Shown piece by piece: positions 21,646 through 34,222 of a DNA stretch of 64,000 nucleotides. How positions within the stretch are numbered: position 1 is the stretch's first letter; every line of letters begins with the position of its first letter. The notes beneath the pieces were generated by a model that made no database searches, was not told where the DNA came from, and saw nothing but the letters and a program-made list of their open reading frames with translations. The DNA is from Carcharhinus amblyrhynchos (lineage: Eukaryota). The position numbers and the translations under genes were made by a program. The stretch spans positions 42,346,001 through 42,410,000 of the forward strand of contig OZ336885.1 of assembly GCA_965287045.1 (NCBI GenBank). The letters run 5' to 3'.

Positions 21646-24109
21646 CAAAGGAAAATATTGTGGAATGGGAAGTGTGTGATCTGCTCACACCCAGCCCTGC
21701 CTTCGCACCTCACATCAAGCTTTGGCTGGTCAATTAATGGTTGTCTAGCAGAAAGGTGGCCAATTAGCAGTGGGGAGAGGGGCTCTGCCCAGGCTGGGAT
21801 GTTAGGTTAGCGAGGAGATAGGCCATTGGGTTACGGCCACCAATTTAAAGTTCTCCTGTCCTTTCACACTCTCCTTATTTGTTCTTGAGAGCCGAAAAGA
21901 AGAGAAGAAATAAAGTATATCGATATCCAAATCCTGTCAGCAGCAGTCTCTGCTGCTACATGCAGGCATAGCCCCGTTTGTAGGCCTTTTCATAGAATCC
22001 TATGCCATCTCCTCGTATCTGGTATAAATCACTCCCAACGTTTTGTAACTCCCAAAAAATGGAGTCAGGAATGATAACATGTAGTCAACTGGATCTCCAA
22101 CAAGCTAGGGAATTATAATTTTCAAAATGGCTGCCAGGCTTCTGATTTCAGCCCTTGCTCGTTTGGGGATGGACAGGATGCCATTGGATGCCTGACCTGA
22201 GATCATCGCACCTTACTTTCTGTAAACACAGCGAGAGGTTGGGATGGGTGGTGGTGAGGACATTGAAGGTGGGGGCAGCTCACCTGATCTACAAACACAA
22301 AATCCACCTCCCTGTATTCCCTCTTAAGTGTGCGTAAAATATTTCATGGCATCATTTTGAAATGAGCAGGGGATGTCTCCCTGGTTTCCTGGCCCCCCTC
22401 AGCCAACACTAACTATCTGGCTATTATGGCCGTTATCACATTGTTATGGTTGGGATGATGCTGCAAGCTGTATTTCTTGCACTATGACAGTTCAAATGTG
22501 TTTTATTGGTTGGATAGTACTCTGTAATGTTGTGAAAGGCATGATAAAGAATTATTTTTCCAAAGCTTTTTAAGTCACTGCCCATAGGCTCTGTAAATAT
22601 CAGTAGCATTTGGGGGTCTTTCTGTTTCCTATGCAAGGTCATTCCCTTATGAGGGATATCAGTCTGGGAGGCCTTTCGAAGTCTCTTTAATATGACCAAG
22701 AGCAGGCTTGGCTGTGGTTTTGAATTTTAAAGCACCTCTAACAGCAAGGGATCTATTGGCAAGAACTGCCCATGGTGATTTCTGGCCTTTCTAACTGATG
22801 TCGTTACTGGTACAGCTTCCTCTTGTATATTAGTATTCAATACATTGCTCTTCCACTTTTATAAGTACCAGGAAAAAGGTCAAGTGCCTTCTCTACACAT
22901 TTCACGCGCCTCATCAACCTCTGTTGCAAATTAAATGCAACAAGTCAACTGGGCAAAAGTTGTGAGGCGCATAATGAGAAGTTAACATGTCATGAGCTAA
23001 GGTAACCATCTCAGTTCTTCCTCAAACAGTCCTTCCTCGCATGCAATTGCTGAACAATTCCTGTGATATGGCTGTACCCAGGTTGCTGCTTTGTTAATGT
23101 GAGTGGCATAAATTGCTCTGGTGAACGTTATGATGATGATGATTGCAAGTTGATAGGCTTATCATTACCTATGAATTTCTTCCAATCTAATGCCAGGCAT
23201 GGCTCAGTGCTCAGGCCTGCTGGTGTCTCTCCCATCCTAATGGGGAACAGGCATCTGACCCTGCTGGAGGGAACAGAGGCCATTGAGGCTCCCCTGGAGT
23301 GGTCAGGGATAAGGGGGGTGTCCCTTGAGCAGTGCCAGCCTGGCAGAGCCAGCCTGCACTCTGGCACTGCCTAAGAGGCAAACTGACATTGCCCAAGGAG
23401 CACCTAAGCACTTCTCACTGGGCAGTAGACAGTGCCAAACGGGCGAGGGCAGAGAGGAATGAGCTTGCTGGGGACATGGGGCCTATTGGAGGCACAATCG
23501 TGGGGGGAGACCCACTGCCATTCTGCAAAAGGTTCAGTGGGAGAGGGAGGGAGTGAGGGCAACTAGGGCTGCCAACCAGGTGGAGGGAATGGCTGGAGCT
23601 GCTAGGTGAGTCAGGGCTGCCCATCTGGGTGGTGGGTTGGGTCTATTGAGGAGATCGGAGCTAGCTGGAGTGATTGGGGGTTGGCTGGTGGAGGTCCACA
23701 AAGCAAGTAATTGGGGGATGGGAGAGTCATGAAAGGCCCACAATGAACTTCACTAAAAAAAGTAATAAATTAAACTAAATTATCTCATTGCTGTTTGTGG
23801 GAGTTTGCTTTGGGAGCATTGGTTCTTGTCGTTCCTATATTACAGAAATGAATATACTTCAAAAGTATTTCAGTAATGTTAATCTTGCAAGAAATGTCAT
23901 ACATCAGTAAAAGTTCACAGCTAGATGACAGGAGAATGTGGAAGTAACTAGTAGACATTTCATTGAAACAAAAAGCACAGAGAACAGCATCAGCAAGGAA
24001 TAATGAGTGGATAGAGCACAAATCCTCAGTAACTATGAGTGTTTTTTAAAACCCTCCCCCAAGATAAGTTTGGAGATGGAGGTGGGGGGGATGGGCATTT
24101 ATGTGGAAT

Positions 24110-24457
24110 TACAGAATCTCTCCAATGCAGAAGAAGGCCAGCCAGTGCATCAAGTCTACACTGATTCTCTGACAGAGTACCTTATCCAGGCCATCTTCCT
24201 CACCCTATCCCCGCAACTCCACACATTTCCCATGGCTAATCTATCTAATCTACACCTCTTTGGACACTAAGGGACAATTTAGCATGGCCAATCTGCCTAA
24301 CCCACACATCTTTGGACTGTGGGAGGAAACCGGAGCAGCCAGAGGAAACCCAAACAGACACAGAGAGAATGTGCAAACTCCACACACACAGTCACCCAAG
24401 ACTGGAATTGAACCCAGGTCCCCGCAATGTGAGGCAGCAGTGCTAACCACTGTGCCA
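24110..24457 (-). mobile_element. HE1-like SINE
   Basis: Full head/core/tail on the minus strand. Confidence 0.88.
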
Positions 24458-24679
24458 TGTATGATTATCTTTAATATGCAAATTTTATTCATTAAATACC
24501 AAATGCTACAATTTAGCATAGGAAAATTTGAAGTCACGAATTTTGGTAGGAAGAAGGGGTAGATTCAATATAAACTAAAGCTTGCAATTTTAAGGAAGGT
24601 ACTTGAAGCTATAGGTACACAAATTTACAAAGATTGTTATGCAGTGTATGGAATCCTTTGCTTAATAAATAAATACTTT

Positions 24680-26248
24680 GAGTACCAAACAATCCCAGTT
24701 GATGATATAACTGGGTGGGAAGAGCCCAGAATGGAACCCTGGCTCAAAAGACTGTAAGTTTATAAAATCAAATGTGGAGGAACAGAATCACAGAAGGGTT
24801 TGGCCACTGAGTCTATGTGGGTAGAACTGAAAAATAAGAAGGGGAAGATCATTTTGAAAGTATTGTATTTCAGGCCCCAAATAGTTAACGGGAAATTGAG
24901 GAGCAAATATGTAAGAAGATTACAGATAGCTCCAAGAAAAATAGCGTATTAATAGTAGGGGATTTTAACTTCCCCAACATTGACTGGGACAGCCATAGTA
25001 TTAGGGGCTTAGCTGGAGAGAAATTTGTGAAGATATTCAGAAGAGGACAAATCTTGACCTCCTCTTGGGAAATAAGAAAGGGCAGGTGACTGAAGTGTTA
25101 ATGAGGAATAACTTTGGGTCCAGTGACCATAATTCCATTAGTTTTAAGGTAGCTGTAGAGAGTGATAGGTCTGGCTCAAAAGCTAAAATGCTAAATTGAG
25201 CAAGGCCAATTTTGATGGTATTAGACAGGAACTTTCAAAAGTTGGTTGGAGGAGTCTGTTGGCAGGCAAAGGGATACCTGGTAAGTGGGAGGCTGTCAAA
25301 AGTGTGTTAACTAGTGTTCAGGGTAAGCACATTCCTTTTAAAGCGAAGGGCAAGGCTGCTAGAAGTAGGGAATCCTGGATGACTCGGGCTTTGAGGCTTT
25401 GGTCAAGAAAAAGGAGGAGGTATATGACATGTATAGCCAGCTGGGATCAAGTGGATCCCTTGAAGAGTATAGTGGATGTCAGAGTAGTTAAGAGAGATAT
25501 CAGGATGGCAAAAAGGTGATACGAGATTGTTTTGGCAGATAAGGCAAAGGAGAATCAAAAGAGCTTCTACAAATACATAAAGGACAAAATAGTAACCAAG
25601 GAGAGAATAGAGCCTCTTAAGGTCAACAAGTCAACTATGTGCAGATCCACAAGAGATGGGTGAGATCCTAAATGAATATTTCTTATCAATATTTACTATT
25701 GTGAAAGGAACTTGGGGAAATAAATAGTGATGTCTCGAGGAGTATACATATAACAGAGAAGGAGGTCTGGAAGTCTTAAAGTGCATCAAGGTAGATAAAT
25801 CCCTGTGACCTGATGAAACGTATCCCAGGTTGTTGTGGGAGGTTAGGGAGGAAAGTGCAGGTCCCCTAACAGAGAGATTTAAATTATCAACAGTCACAGT
25901 GGTGAGGGGCTTGAAGATTGGAGGGTAGCAAATGTTGTGCGTTTGTTTAAGAAGAGCTGCAGGGAAACTAAGCCAGTAAGCCTAATGTCTATAGTGGGTA
26001 AGTTGTTAGAAGGTATCTTGAGAGACAGGATCTAGAGGGGGAAGCACTGATTAGGGACAGTCAGTATGGCTTTGTGATGGAAAATCATATCTCACAAATT
26101 TGATTGTTTTTTGAAGGGTAACCAAGAAGGTAGCTGAGAGCAGTGCAGTCAACGTTAGCTACATGGACTTTAGCAAGGCCTTTGACAGGGTGCCAATATG
26201 CTAGGTTGTTGCATAAGGTTAAATCTCATGGGATCCAGGTAGCCAATT
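24680..26248 (+). mobile_element. Degenerate CR1 ORF2 (endonuclease to RT N-terminus)
   Basis: ESMWVELKNKKG, IVGDFNFPNIDW, GSSDHNSI, KANFDGIRQEL and YMDFSKAFDRVP motifs with stops and frameshifts. Confidence 0.85.
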
Positions 26249-26249
26249 A

Positions 26250-26520
26250 GAACATAGAAAAATCAAAACTAGAAGTAGGAGTAGGCCATTCAGCCCGTCA
26301 ATCCTGTTCCGCCATTCATCTTGATCATGGCTGATCATCAAATTCAATTTCCTGATCTCCAATCATCTCATATACCTTGATCCCTTTAGCCCCAAGAGTC
26401 ATGTCTAATTTTTTCTTGCAATCATACAACGTTTTGGCCTCAACTACATTCTATGGCAGTGAATTGTACACATTCACCACCCTCTGGGTGAAGAAATTTC
26501 TCCACATCTCAGTTCTAAAA
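26250..26520 (-). mobile_element. CR1 3' end (antisense)
   Basis: RNFFTQRVVNVYNSLP and GGCCTACTCCT...CTATGTT tail on the minus strand. Confidence 0.85.
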
Positions 26521-26624
26521 GATTTACTGAAAGGCATTGATGGGACCAGAAGATCCTGCTGGCAGGAACAGCCAAAAATCTCGCTCATTGCTTTAGTGCA
26601 TCCAGCATTGAAAGTAACATGAAA

Positions 26625-27030
26625 CCATCCTGAGACGTTAAACTGAGGCCCTGTCCACCCCCTCAGGTGCAGTCTTTCAAAGATGAGAAGAGATACATCT
26701 CTGTTTAAAATAAAAACAGAATATTCTGGAAAATCTCACCAGTTCTGGCACCATCTATGGAGGGAGAAACAGAGTCAACGTTTCAAGTTTGCATGGCACT
26801 TCTTCAGAATATTTTGCTTTCCTCATCTCTGGTCTAGTACTTATCCTTCAAATAATAGCACAAAAGTAAATTATCTGATCATTACCACATTGCTGTTTGT
26901 GGGAGCTTGCTGTGTGCAAATTAGTTGGCACATTTCCTGCATTGCAACAGTGACTATTCTCAAAAGTGCTTCTTAGACTGTAATGTGCTTTGTAGCATCC
27001 TGAAAGGTGCTATATAAATGCAAGCCTTCC
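26625..27030 (+). mobile_element. DeuSINE-type fragments with an inserted Penelope-terminal-like repeat (26705-26815)
   Basis: GAGACGTTAAACTGAGGCCC core; TGCTGTTTGTGGGAGCTTGCTGTGTGC...GCTATATAAATGCAAG tail. Confidence 0.65.
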
Positions 27031-27139
27031 AATTTTCAATGTTTGATCAACTTGATCAACATCGACCACAATCCTCAAATTGTATGTGTGAAAATTACTG
27101 GCACAGGCCCTGAAAATTGGAGACAAACTCAGAGGTAGA

Positions 27140-28592
27140 GTTACAGAATCCCCACAGTGCAGAAGGAAGCCATTTGGCCCATCGATAATGCACCGACTCT
27201 CTGATGAGCATCTTACCCAGGCTCACTCCTTTCCTTCCCCCTGCTCTATCCTCATAATCCCACACATTTACCATGGCTAATCCTCTGAACCCACACATTT
27301 TTCGACACAAAGGGCCCTATTTTACCATTTTGATTCTAAGTGCTGGGTGGACTTGAAACTGGGAGTGTTTCAGATCTGACTTTTAAACCCGTTCTCATGC
27401 ACCCCCAAATGCACTCTGTCTGAAATAAATATCAGCAATTCTGAATTGCACCGCAGAAGCCTATAGGTGGGGCTTAATGCACCCCCCCCACCGCACCCCC
27501 CCCCCCCAACCCGCCTCAACTACAAAATGTTGTCTGATTGCAAGAAAAAAATTAGACATGACTCTTGGGGCTAAAGGAATCAAGGTATATGGGATGATTG
27601 GGGGATTGGGATATTGAATTTGATGATCAGCCATGATCAAGATGAATGACGGAACAGGATCAAAGGGCCGAATGGCCTACTCCTGCTTCTGGTTTCTATT
27701 TTTCTATGTTTCAACTGGCGCCTCCAACAGGGCATGCGCAGCAAAAAAATGATAGGATGTGGCTCCCCCACTCCCTCCACCACCCAGATCGATCATGGGC
27801 CCCCTCCCCCTTCCCCCTCACTGACCTCAGGCAAGGTGGCAGCAGACACCCCCCACCCCCTTCTCCTCACTGATCTCAGGCAGAGCGATAGCGGGACCAC
27901 CCCTCCCCCCTCACTAATCACAGGCAGAGTGGCAGTGGAGCCCAACTTCTCCCTCACTGCTCTCAGGCAGAGCAGCAGCAGACTTCACCTTCTTCTTTCC
28001 CATTGATCTCGAGCAGAGAGCCATCGGACCCACCTTCCCCCTTCCCCCTTCCCCCTTCTTCCCTCCTCCGATCCCAAGCAGAGAGACATGGGACACTCGG
28101 CACTTACATCCTCACTAACTGGACTTCTGTAGAGCATGTCTGCTTCGCGCCGATTCTGGATGGGCAAACGCATTGGTAAAGGGGGAAGTACCGGTAAGGT
28201 TGGGCGTGAAGTCCATTAAGTCAATTTAAATGCATGCAAATACAGTTGAATGGCTGTCGTGCCCGTTTTGGGCCCAATTCTGATCACGGTCATTTTCGGG
28301 CCTTGGTAAAGAGGGAGCTGGCACCGAAGCGGGCGCGGATCGTGCTACTTACCTCATGCCTGATTTCACTAAATTTTTGCGCCCAATTACGGGCGCAACT
28401 TGGTGATAAAATCAAGCCCTCAGGGTCAATTTAGTATGGCCCATTGACCTAACCTGCACATCTTTGGACTTTAGGAGGAAACCGGAGCAACCGGACGATA
28501 CACATACAGACAAGGGGAGAACATGCAAAGAACAGGAAGTCACCTAAGTCACCCCTGATATTGTGAGGCAGCAGTGTTAAACATTATGCCGT
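27140..28592 (-). mobile_element. HE1-like SINE split in two (27140-27311 and 28419-28592) by a DNA transposon
   Basis: SINE sequence GACAC..|..GGGTCAATTTAG resumes exactly after the inserted element. Confidence 0.8.
27312..28419. mobile_element. Non-autonomous Harbinger-type DNA transposon with a nested CR1 3' end (27535-27711)
   Basis: TIR GGGCCCTATTTTACC ... GATAAAATCAAGCCC; flanks AAA/TCA compatible with a decayed 3-bp TAA duplication; second copy at 44062-44845. Confidence 0.75.
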
Positions 28593-29249
28593 CACAATGA
28601 GTTTCCCAGCTCTCCTTCGAATTCTTTAATCATCAAGGATAATTACAGACGCCGCCAAAAAGTTACAAATATCCACCTTGTTTTGGTATCTCAAACTGTG
28701 AATATGATTCATTTAGAACTCACCCGCATTATAAATTGGGCTGTTGCTAAGCTAGAGTCAGCAGGGTAGAATGAATGGGAGCAAAATGTAAAGGCAGCGT
28801 AAGTCAATCAAATTTTGCTTCTTAACAATCATATCCCCTGATGCAAAACACTGCTTCATACAAAGACTTTCTAAATTTATACCTCAAAAGGACACCTAAA
28901 AGGGAAAACTTGCGTTTTCTAGTGGGTTGAGCTCACGAAACAGCTCACTGGAAAATCTCCACTGAAACTGCATTGCATTAACCACAAGAGAAAGTTTATG
29001 TAGCACTGCATTGCGTTGCAAAGCTGCATCATTTCGGTTTTTGCAGTTTAAAATTGAAGTTAAAATGGCTGGCAACATACGATGAGAAACTTATTAAATT
29101 ATTGTATAGAATCTTTAAATTTTGTGTAAAATGAGTGGGTGCAATATGCACAGCACAACATTAAACTTACAAATAAAGGCTGAAGGATCGGCTAGTCATA
29201 TTTAGCTTATCCACAGAAAGATTGAACATTAGATACAAACTCAGAGTTT

Positions 29250-29640
29250 TATTTTATTCATTTGTAGGACATTGGCATCACTAGCTGGCCAGCATCTATT
29301 GCCCTTCCATAGTTGCCCTTGAACTGAATGGCTTGCTAGGCCACTCCAGGGGACAGTTGAGAGTCAACCACATTACTTTGGCTCCAGAATCACATGTAGG
29401 CCAGACCAGGCGTGACAGCAGATTTCCTTCCCTAAAGGACATTAGTGAACCAGATGGGCTTTTCTGACAGTCGACAATGGTTTCATGGTCATCAGTAAAT
29501 TCTTAATTCCAGATTTTTTTTATTAAATTCAAATTCCACCAACTGCCAAGGCAGTATTTGAATCCAAGCTCCCAGAACATCAGCTGAGTTTCTGAATTAA
29601 TGGTTGAGCGATAATACCACTAGGCCATTGCCTCCTTGGG
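29250..29640 (-). mobile_element. tRNA-headed shark SINE (second family), near full length
   Basis: GGAGGCAATGGCCTAGTGGTATTATC head on minus; homologous to 16460-16725; tail shared with the CR1/L2-clade LINE 3' ends. Confidence 0.8.
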
Positions 29641-29680
29641 TTAGTGAGGCATTTTCACAATGATAGCAGGGAGTTTCCTG

Positions 29681-30745
29681 CATATGGAATACTGAATCAA
29701 AATGCTGCATATGGAATTCTGGATCAGAATACTGTATATGGAATTCTGGATCAGAATACTGTATATAGAATACTGGGTCAGAATGCTGTATATGGAATAC
29801 TGGATGAAAATACTGTATATGGAATACTGGATCAGAATGCTGTACATGTAATACTGGATCAGAATGGGGCATATGGAATACTGGATCAAAATAGTGTATA
29901 TGGAATACTGGATCAGAATGCTGTATATGTAATGCCAGATCAGAATGCTGCATATGGAATACTGGATCAGAATGCTGTAAGTGGAATACTGGATCAGAAA
30001 TCTGTATATGGAATACTGAATCAAAATGCTGTACATGGAATACTGGATCAGAATGCTGTATATGGGAATACTGGATCAGATTGCTGTATATGGAAGACTG
30101 GATCAAAATACTGCATATGGAACACTGGATCAAAATACTGCATATGGAACACTGGATCAGAATACTGTATATGGAATACTGAATCAGAACATTGTATATG
30201 GGAATACTGGACCAGAATGCTGTATATGGAATACTGCATATGGAACACTGGATCAAAATACTGTATATGGAACACTGGATCAAATATAGTGTATATGGAA
30301 TATTGGATCAGAATGCTGTATGTGGAAGACTGGATCAGAATGTTGTATGTGGGAATACTGGATCAGAATGCTGTATATAGAATACTGGATCAGAATGCTG
30401 CCTATGGAACACTGAATCAAAATACTGTATATGGAATACTGGATCAGAATGCTGTATATGGAACATTGAATCAAAATACTGTATATGGAATATTGGATCA
30501 GAATGCTGTATATGGAATACTGGATCAAAATACTGTATATGGAATACTGGATCAGAATGCTGTATATGGAACATTGAATCAAAATACTGTATATGGAATA
30601 TTGGATCAGAATGCTGTATATGGAATACTGGATCAAAATACTGTATATAGAATACTGGATCAGAATGCTGTATATGGAATACTGGATCAAAATACTGTAT
30701 GTGGAATACTGGATCAGAATGCTGTACATGGATCAGAATACTGCA
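29681..30745. repeat. 27-bp minisatellite, about 39 copies
   Basis: Unit TATGGAATACTGGATCAGAATGCTGTA with variants (AAATAC/GAATGC, ACA/ATA). Confidence 0.97.
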
Positions 30746-33044
30746 TTCTTACATTAGCTTTATTGTCTTCTGCTAAGTAGCCTGTACTGTTGCTTCATAT
30801 TCCATTAACTTTCTAGCATGAAAGAAAGGCAGCCAGAGTCAGATGATTACTCATGGTGCTCAAGCATAATGAAAAGCAAACACATGACAAATGAGCACAT
30901 TGCAACATCTGCTGAAGCATTAGCGGTCATTTCATTGTGGTTAAACAAGCGTTGATACTTATACTCCAACTGAGCCAGGCATCGAACACGCCAGGCTCCA
31001 GCGGAAGTAAAATGATACCATGGAGCAGTCGTTTATATGATGACATAGCCTCTTTGTGCTAGCACTCAAGGGATAGACAGCAACTGAACAAAATAAACAT
31101 AACATACACTAATATAACATGAGTCCTACCACAAAACAAAAGTGCTGTCATAGCTCAAGAGCAGCCTGATTGATGTCAGCCACATTTCCCTATATTAAAA
31201 TAGTACTTACACTACAAAAGTACTTAACTGGCTGTAAAGCATTTGAGGGCATCCTGGAGTTACAAAATGTGTTTTCTAAATAACATTTCCTCCTTTCTTT
31301 CTACTTGCATCTGTTGCCCTTCAGTACCTTGTCTGAATCACCGTTGTTCATATCTGACTATCGACTAAGAAAAGTGCTACTGGTGCCAATATTTTTCTCT
31401 TGTTGGTAAACTAAACCCTTGAATTTATTGCCAGCTTAGAATTTCAACTGAAAGAAGTTTAAATATTTCATTAGTTGCATTAGATACTTAACATGAGTAT
31501 CAACAACAACAACTTGCAAGTATATAATGTCTTTAGCATAGTTAAAATCATAAGACATTTCAGAGGAGCATTATAAAGCAATATTTGGTAGCGAGCTACA
31601 TAAGAAGGTGCTAAGACAAATGACCAAAAAATTGATCAAAGGTGTAGGTTTAAAGAAATGTGTTAAAGGAGGCAAGAGAAGTGGCAATTGGAGAGGTTTA
31701 GTGATGGAACAATACAAATACAGTCTAACAATGTGAAAACTCATCCTAATCTACAGTTTAGGGCTTTGTCAGCTAAAGGCATGGCATCCAATGGTGGAGT
31801 GATTAAAATTGAGGATGCTTAAGAAGACAGAAATGGAGCAGTGTAATCAATGAGCTTTGTAAGAACAACCCAAGTCCTGCTGACCAATTAGAGGGAAATT
31901 TGCAGAAAGGTGAGAGTGGGATTGGTGGGACAGAAAACTACATTGCCCTGAGGGTGGCTATTGCCACGGGAGGGCCTCTTCCTAGGTCAAAGAGTGCCTG
32001 TACAGTGAGCCCAGTAGGAGATCTCCCCTTTCCTTCCAAACCAGTGATTAAATGTCAGCAGAGATGGGAAGAGGACCATAACTGGTTATTTACATTGATC
32101 AATTGTGCTCTGGGTGGGAGGGTGTATCGCTGCTTTCCCTGTGGGATAGCTGCAGGATGAAAACAGATATTCCGCCCAACAGCATCCTGCACCATTTTAC
32201 CAACCCTTCCATCGCCCAGCCTATCCCCAGAGGGCTAGAAAAAATCCAATCCAGCTTACTCGCAGTTAGGGGTAGCATTTCTCTTTCTTAAATAAACTCA
32301 ATTTCATGCTCCTCCACTGGTGAATTTTGAGGAGGGGAAGGGGGAGGGATGGAAGTGTGAAAGTGACTGATTGGGATTTCCCCCGGCTTCCCAAATGTCC
32401 CCTCACATCAACTTTACACTGAAGCCGGAAAGGCCTCCAATGGGTGCCCAGTCTTGCCCCAGTTGAAGTTCTTAAGCAACAGATTATTGGCTACTGAAGG
32501 GCTGTTTTCCAATCAATGTCAGTTTAGACCAGTGGGAGGATTCAACTGGTGTGAGGAATGCCCAGAGCAGAACAAGCTTCCATCAGAAGCCACTCAACCA
32601 TAACCTTTTATAGTCCCTATGCCAACTTAGTGCCAACTCTTACAAACCCATAACTCATCCCTTTGGTCCTTTATAGCCTGATGTCAACCTTATACCCTTT
32701 GCCCTTATATCCTCCATGTCAAGTCACCCAGTATCTACTGTGGAAAAACTTCAGGAGTTGTGTTGAGATGAAATAAAATAAAGTTTCAAGAATCAATTAC
32801 AGACTTTACTATATTGAAAAAAGTACACTCATTAATAATAACCCATTCAAAACAATTAAGTTCCTGTAGTTAATTCCTTATAAAATTAATTAATATTCAT
32901 AGTCTTGTATCAAAGAGAGTTGATCACATAAAAAGCTGTCAATCAAAATGTGAACCTACTGGCCCTTCACCAGTAACTTCCCCATAACCCTCTGCACCTA
33001 CCTCCCACTAATAATGCTAGGTTATGAAAACAGCCAAACAGCAC

Positions 33045-34220
33045 CATAAGAACATAAGAACATAAGAAATAGGAGCAGGAGTAGGCCATCTAGCCCTTCG
33101 AGCCTGCCCCGCCATTCAATAAGATCATGGCTGATCTGTTGTGGCTCAGTTCCACTTTCCCGCCCTCTCCCCATAACCCTTAATCCCCTCTCTTATCAAG
33201 AACCCATCAATCTGCTTCTTAAAAATATTTAGCGAGGCAGCCTCCACCACTTCAACGGGCAGAGAATTCCAGAGATTCACCACCCTTTGAGTGAAGAAGT
33301 TCCTCCTCAACTCCGTTCTAAACCGCCTCCCCTTTATCTTGAGGCTGTGCCCCCTAGTCCTACTGTCTATTTTGAGCGGGAAGAGTCTCTCCACCTCTAT
33401 CCTATCCATCCCATTCATCATCTTATACGTCTCAATGAGATCTCCCCTCATTCTTCTAAACTCTAACGAGTACAAGCCTAGTTTATTCAGCCTCTTCTCA
33501 TAGCTCAATCCCCTCAACTCCGGTATCAGCCTAGTAAACCTCCTCTGCACTCCCTCCAGGGCCAAAATATCCTTGCGCAGGTGCGGCGCCCAAAACTGCA
33601 CACAGTACTCCAGCTGCGGCCTCACCAATGCCCTATACAGCTGCAGCAAGACCTCCCTACTTTTATATTCAATCCCCCTCGCTATGAAGGCCAGCATCCC
33701 ATTCGCCTTCCTGACCACCTGCTGCACCTGCAAGCTGGGTTTTTGCGACTCATGCACAAGGACCCCGAGGTCCCTCTGCACCGTCGCCTGCTGCAGTTTT
33801 TCGCCACGTAAGTAATAGTCCTTCCTACCATTCTTCCTACCAAAGTGGACCACCTCACACTTGCCAACATTAAATTCCATTTGCCATTTCCTGGCCCATT
33901 CGCCCAGCCTATCTAGATCCTTCTGCAGACTCTCCACACCCTCCGCACAATTTGCCTTTCCCCCAATCTTGGTGTCATCAGCAAATTTCGACACCCTGCA
34001 CTCGGTTCCCTCCTCCAGATCATCTATATAAATGGTAAATAGCTGAGGCCCCAGCACCGACCCCTGGGGCACCCCACTAGTCACCAACCGCCAATCCGAA
34101 TAGCACCCATTGACCCCCACTCTCTGCCTCCTATTTGACAACCAATCCTCTATCCACGCTAACACCCTACCCCCAACTCCATGTCCCCTGACCTTCTGCA
34201 ATAACCTCTTGTGAGGTACC
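33045..34220 (-). mobile_element. Young 5'-truncated CR1 LINE
   Basis: (TTCTTATG)n tail and 3' UTR nearly identical to 12190-12328; uninterrupted reading frame. Confidence 0.95.
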
Positions 34221-34222
34221 AA
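33146..34222 (-). CDS. CR1 ORF2 reverse transcriptase, C-terminal 358 aa (5'-truncated, no stops)
   Basis: SGVPQGSVLGPQLFTIYIDDL, KFADDTK, WQMEFNVGKC, RDLGV, LVRPQLEYCVQFW. Confidence 0.93.
   Translation of the reverse strand: MVPHKRLLQKVRGHGVGGRVLAWIEDWLSNRRQRVGVNGCYSDWRLVTSGVPQGSVLGPQLFTIYIDDLEEGTECRVSKFADDTKIGGKANCAEGVESLQKDLDRLGEWARKWQMEFNVGKCEVVHFGRKNGRKDYYLRGEKLQQATVQRDLGVLVHESQKPSLQVQQVVRKANGMLAFIARGIEYKSREVLLQLYRALVRPQLEYCVQFWAPHLRKDILALEGVQRRFTRLIPELRGLSYEKRLNKLGLYSLEFRRMRGDLIETYKMMNGMDRIEVERLFPLKIDSRTRGHSLKIKGRRFRTELRRNFFTQRVVNLWNSLPVEVVEAASLNIFKKQIDGFLIREGIKGYGERAGKWN

Noticed and set aside
29681-30745. CRISPR array
   Set aside because: Units are contiguous with no unique spacers, there are no cas genes, and the context is vertebrate
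29644-30780. 378-aa ORF (and overlapping 228/149/131-aa ORFs) as a repeat protein gene
   Set aside because: Entirely explained by a 27-bp stop-poor tandem unit; non-ATG start, internal frame switches, no domain
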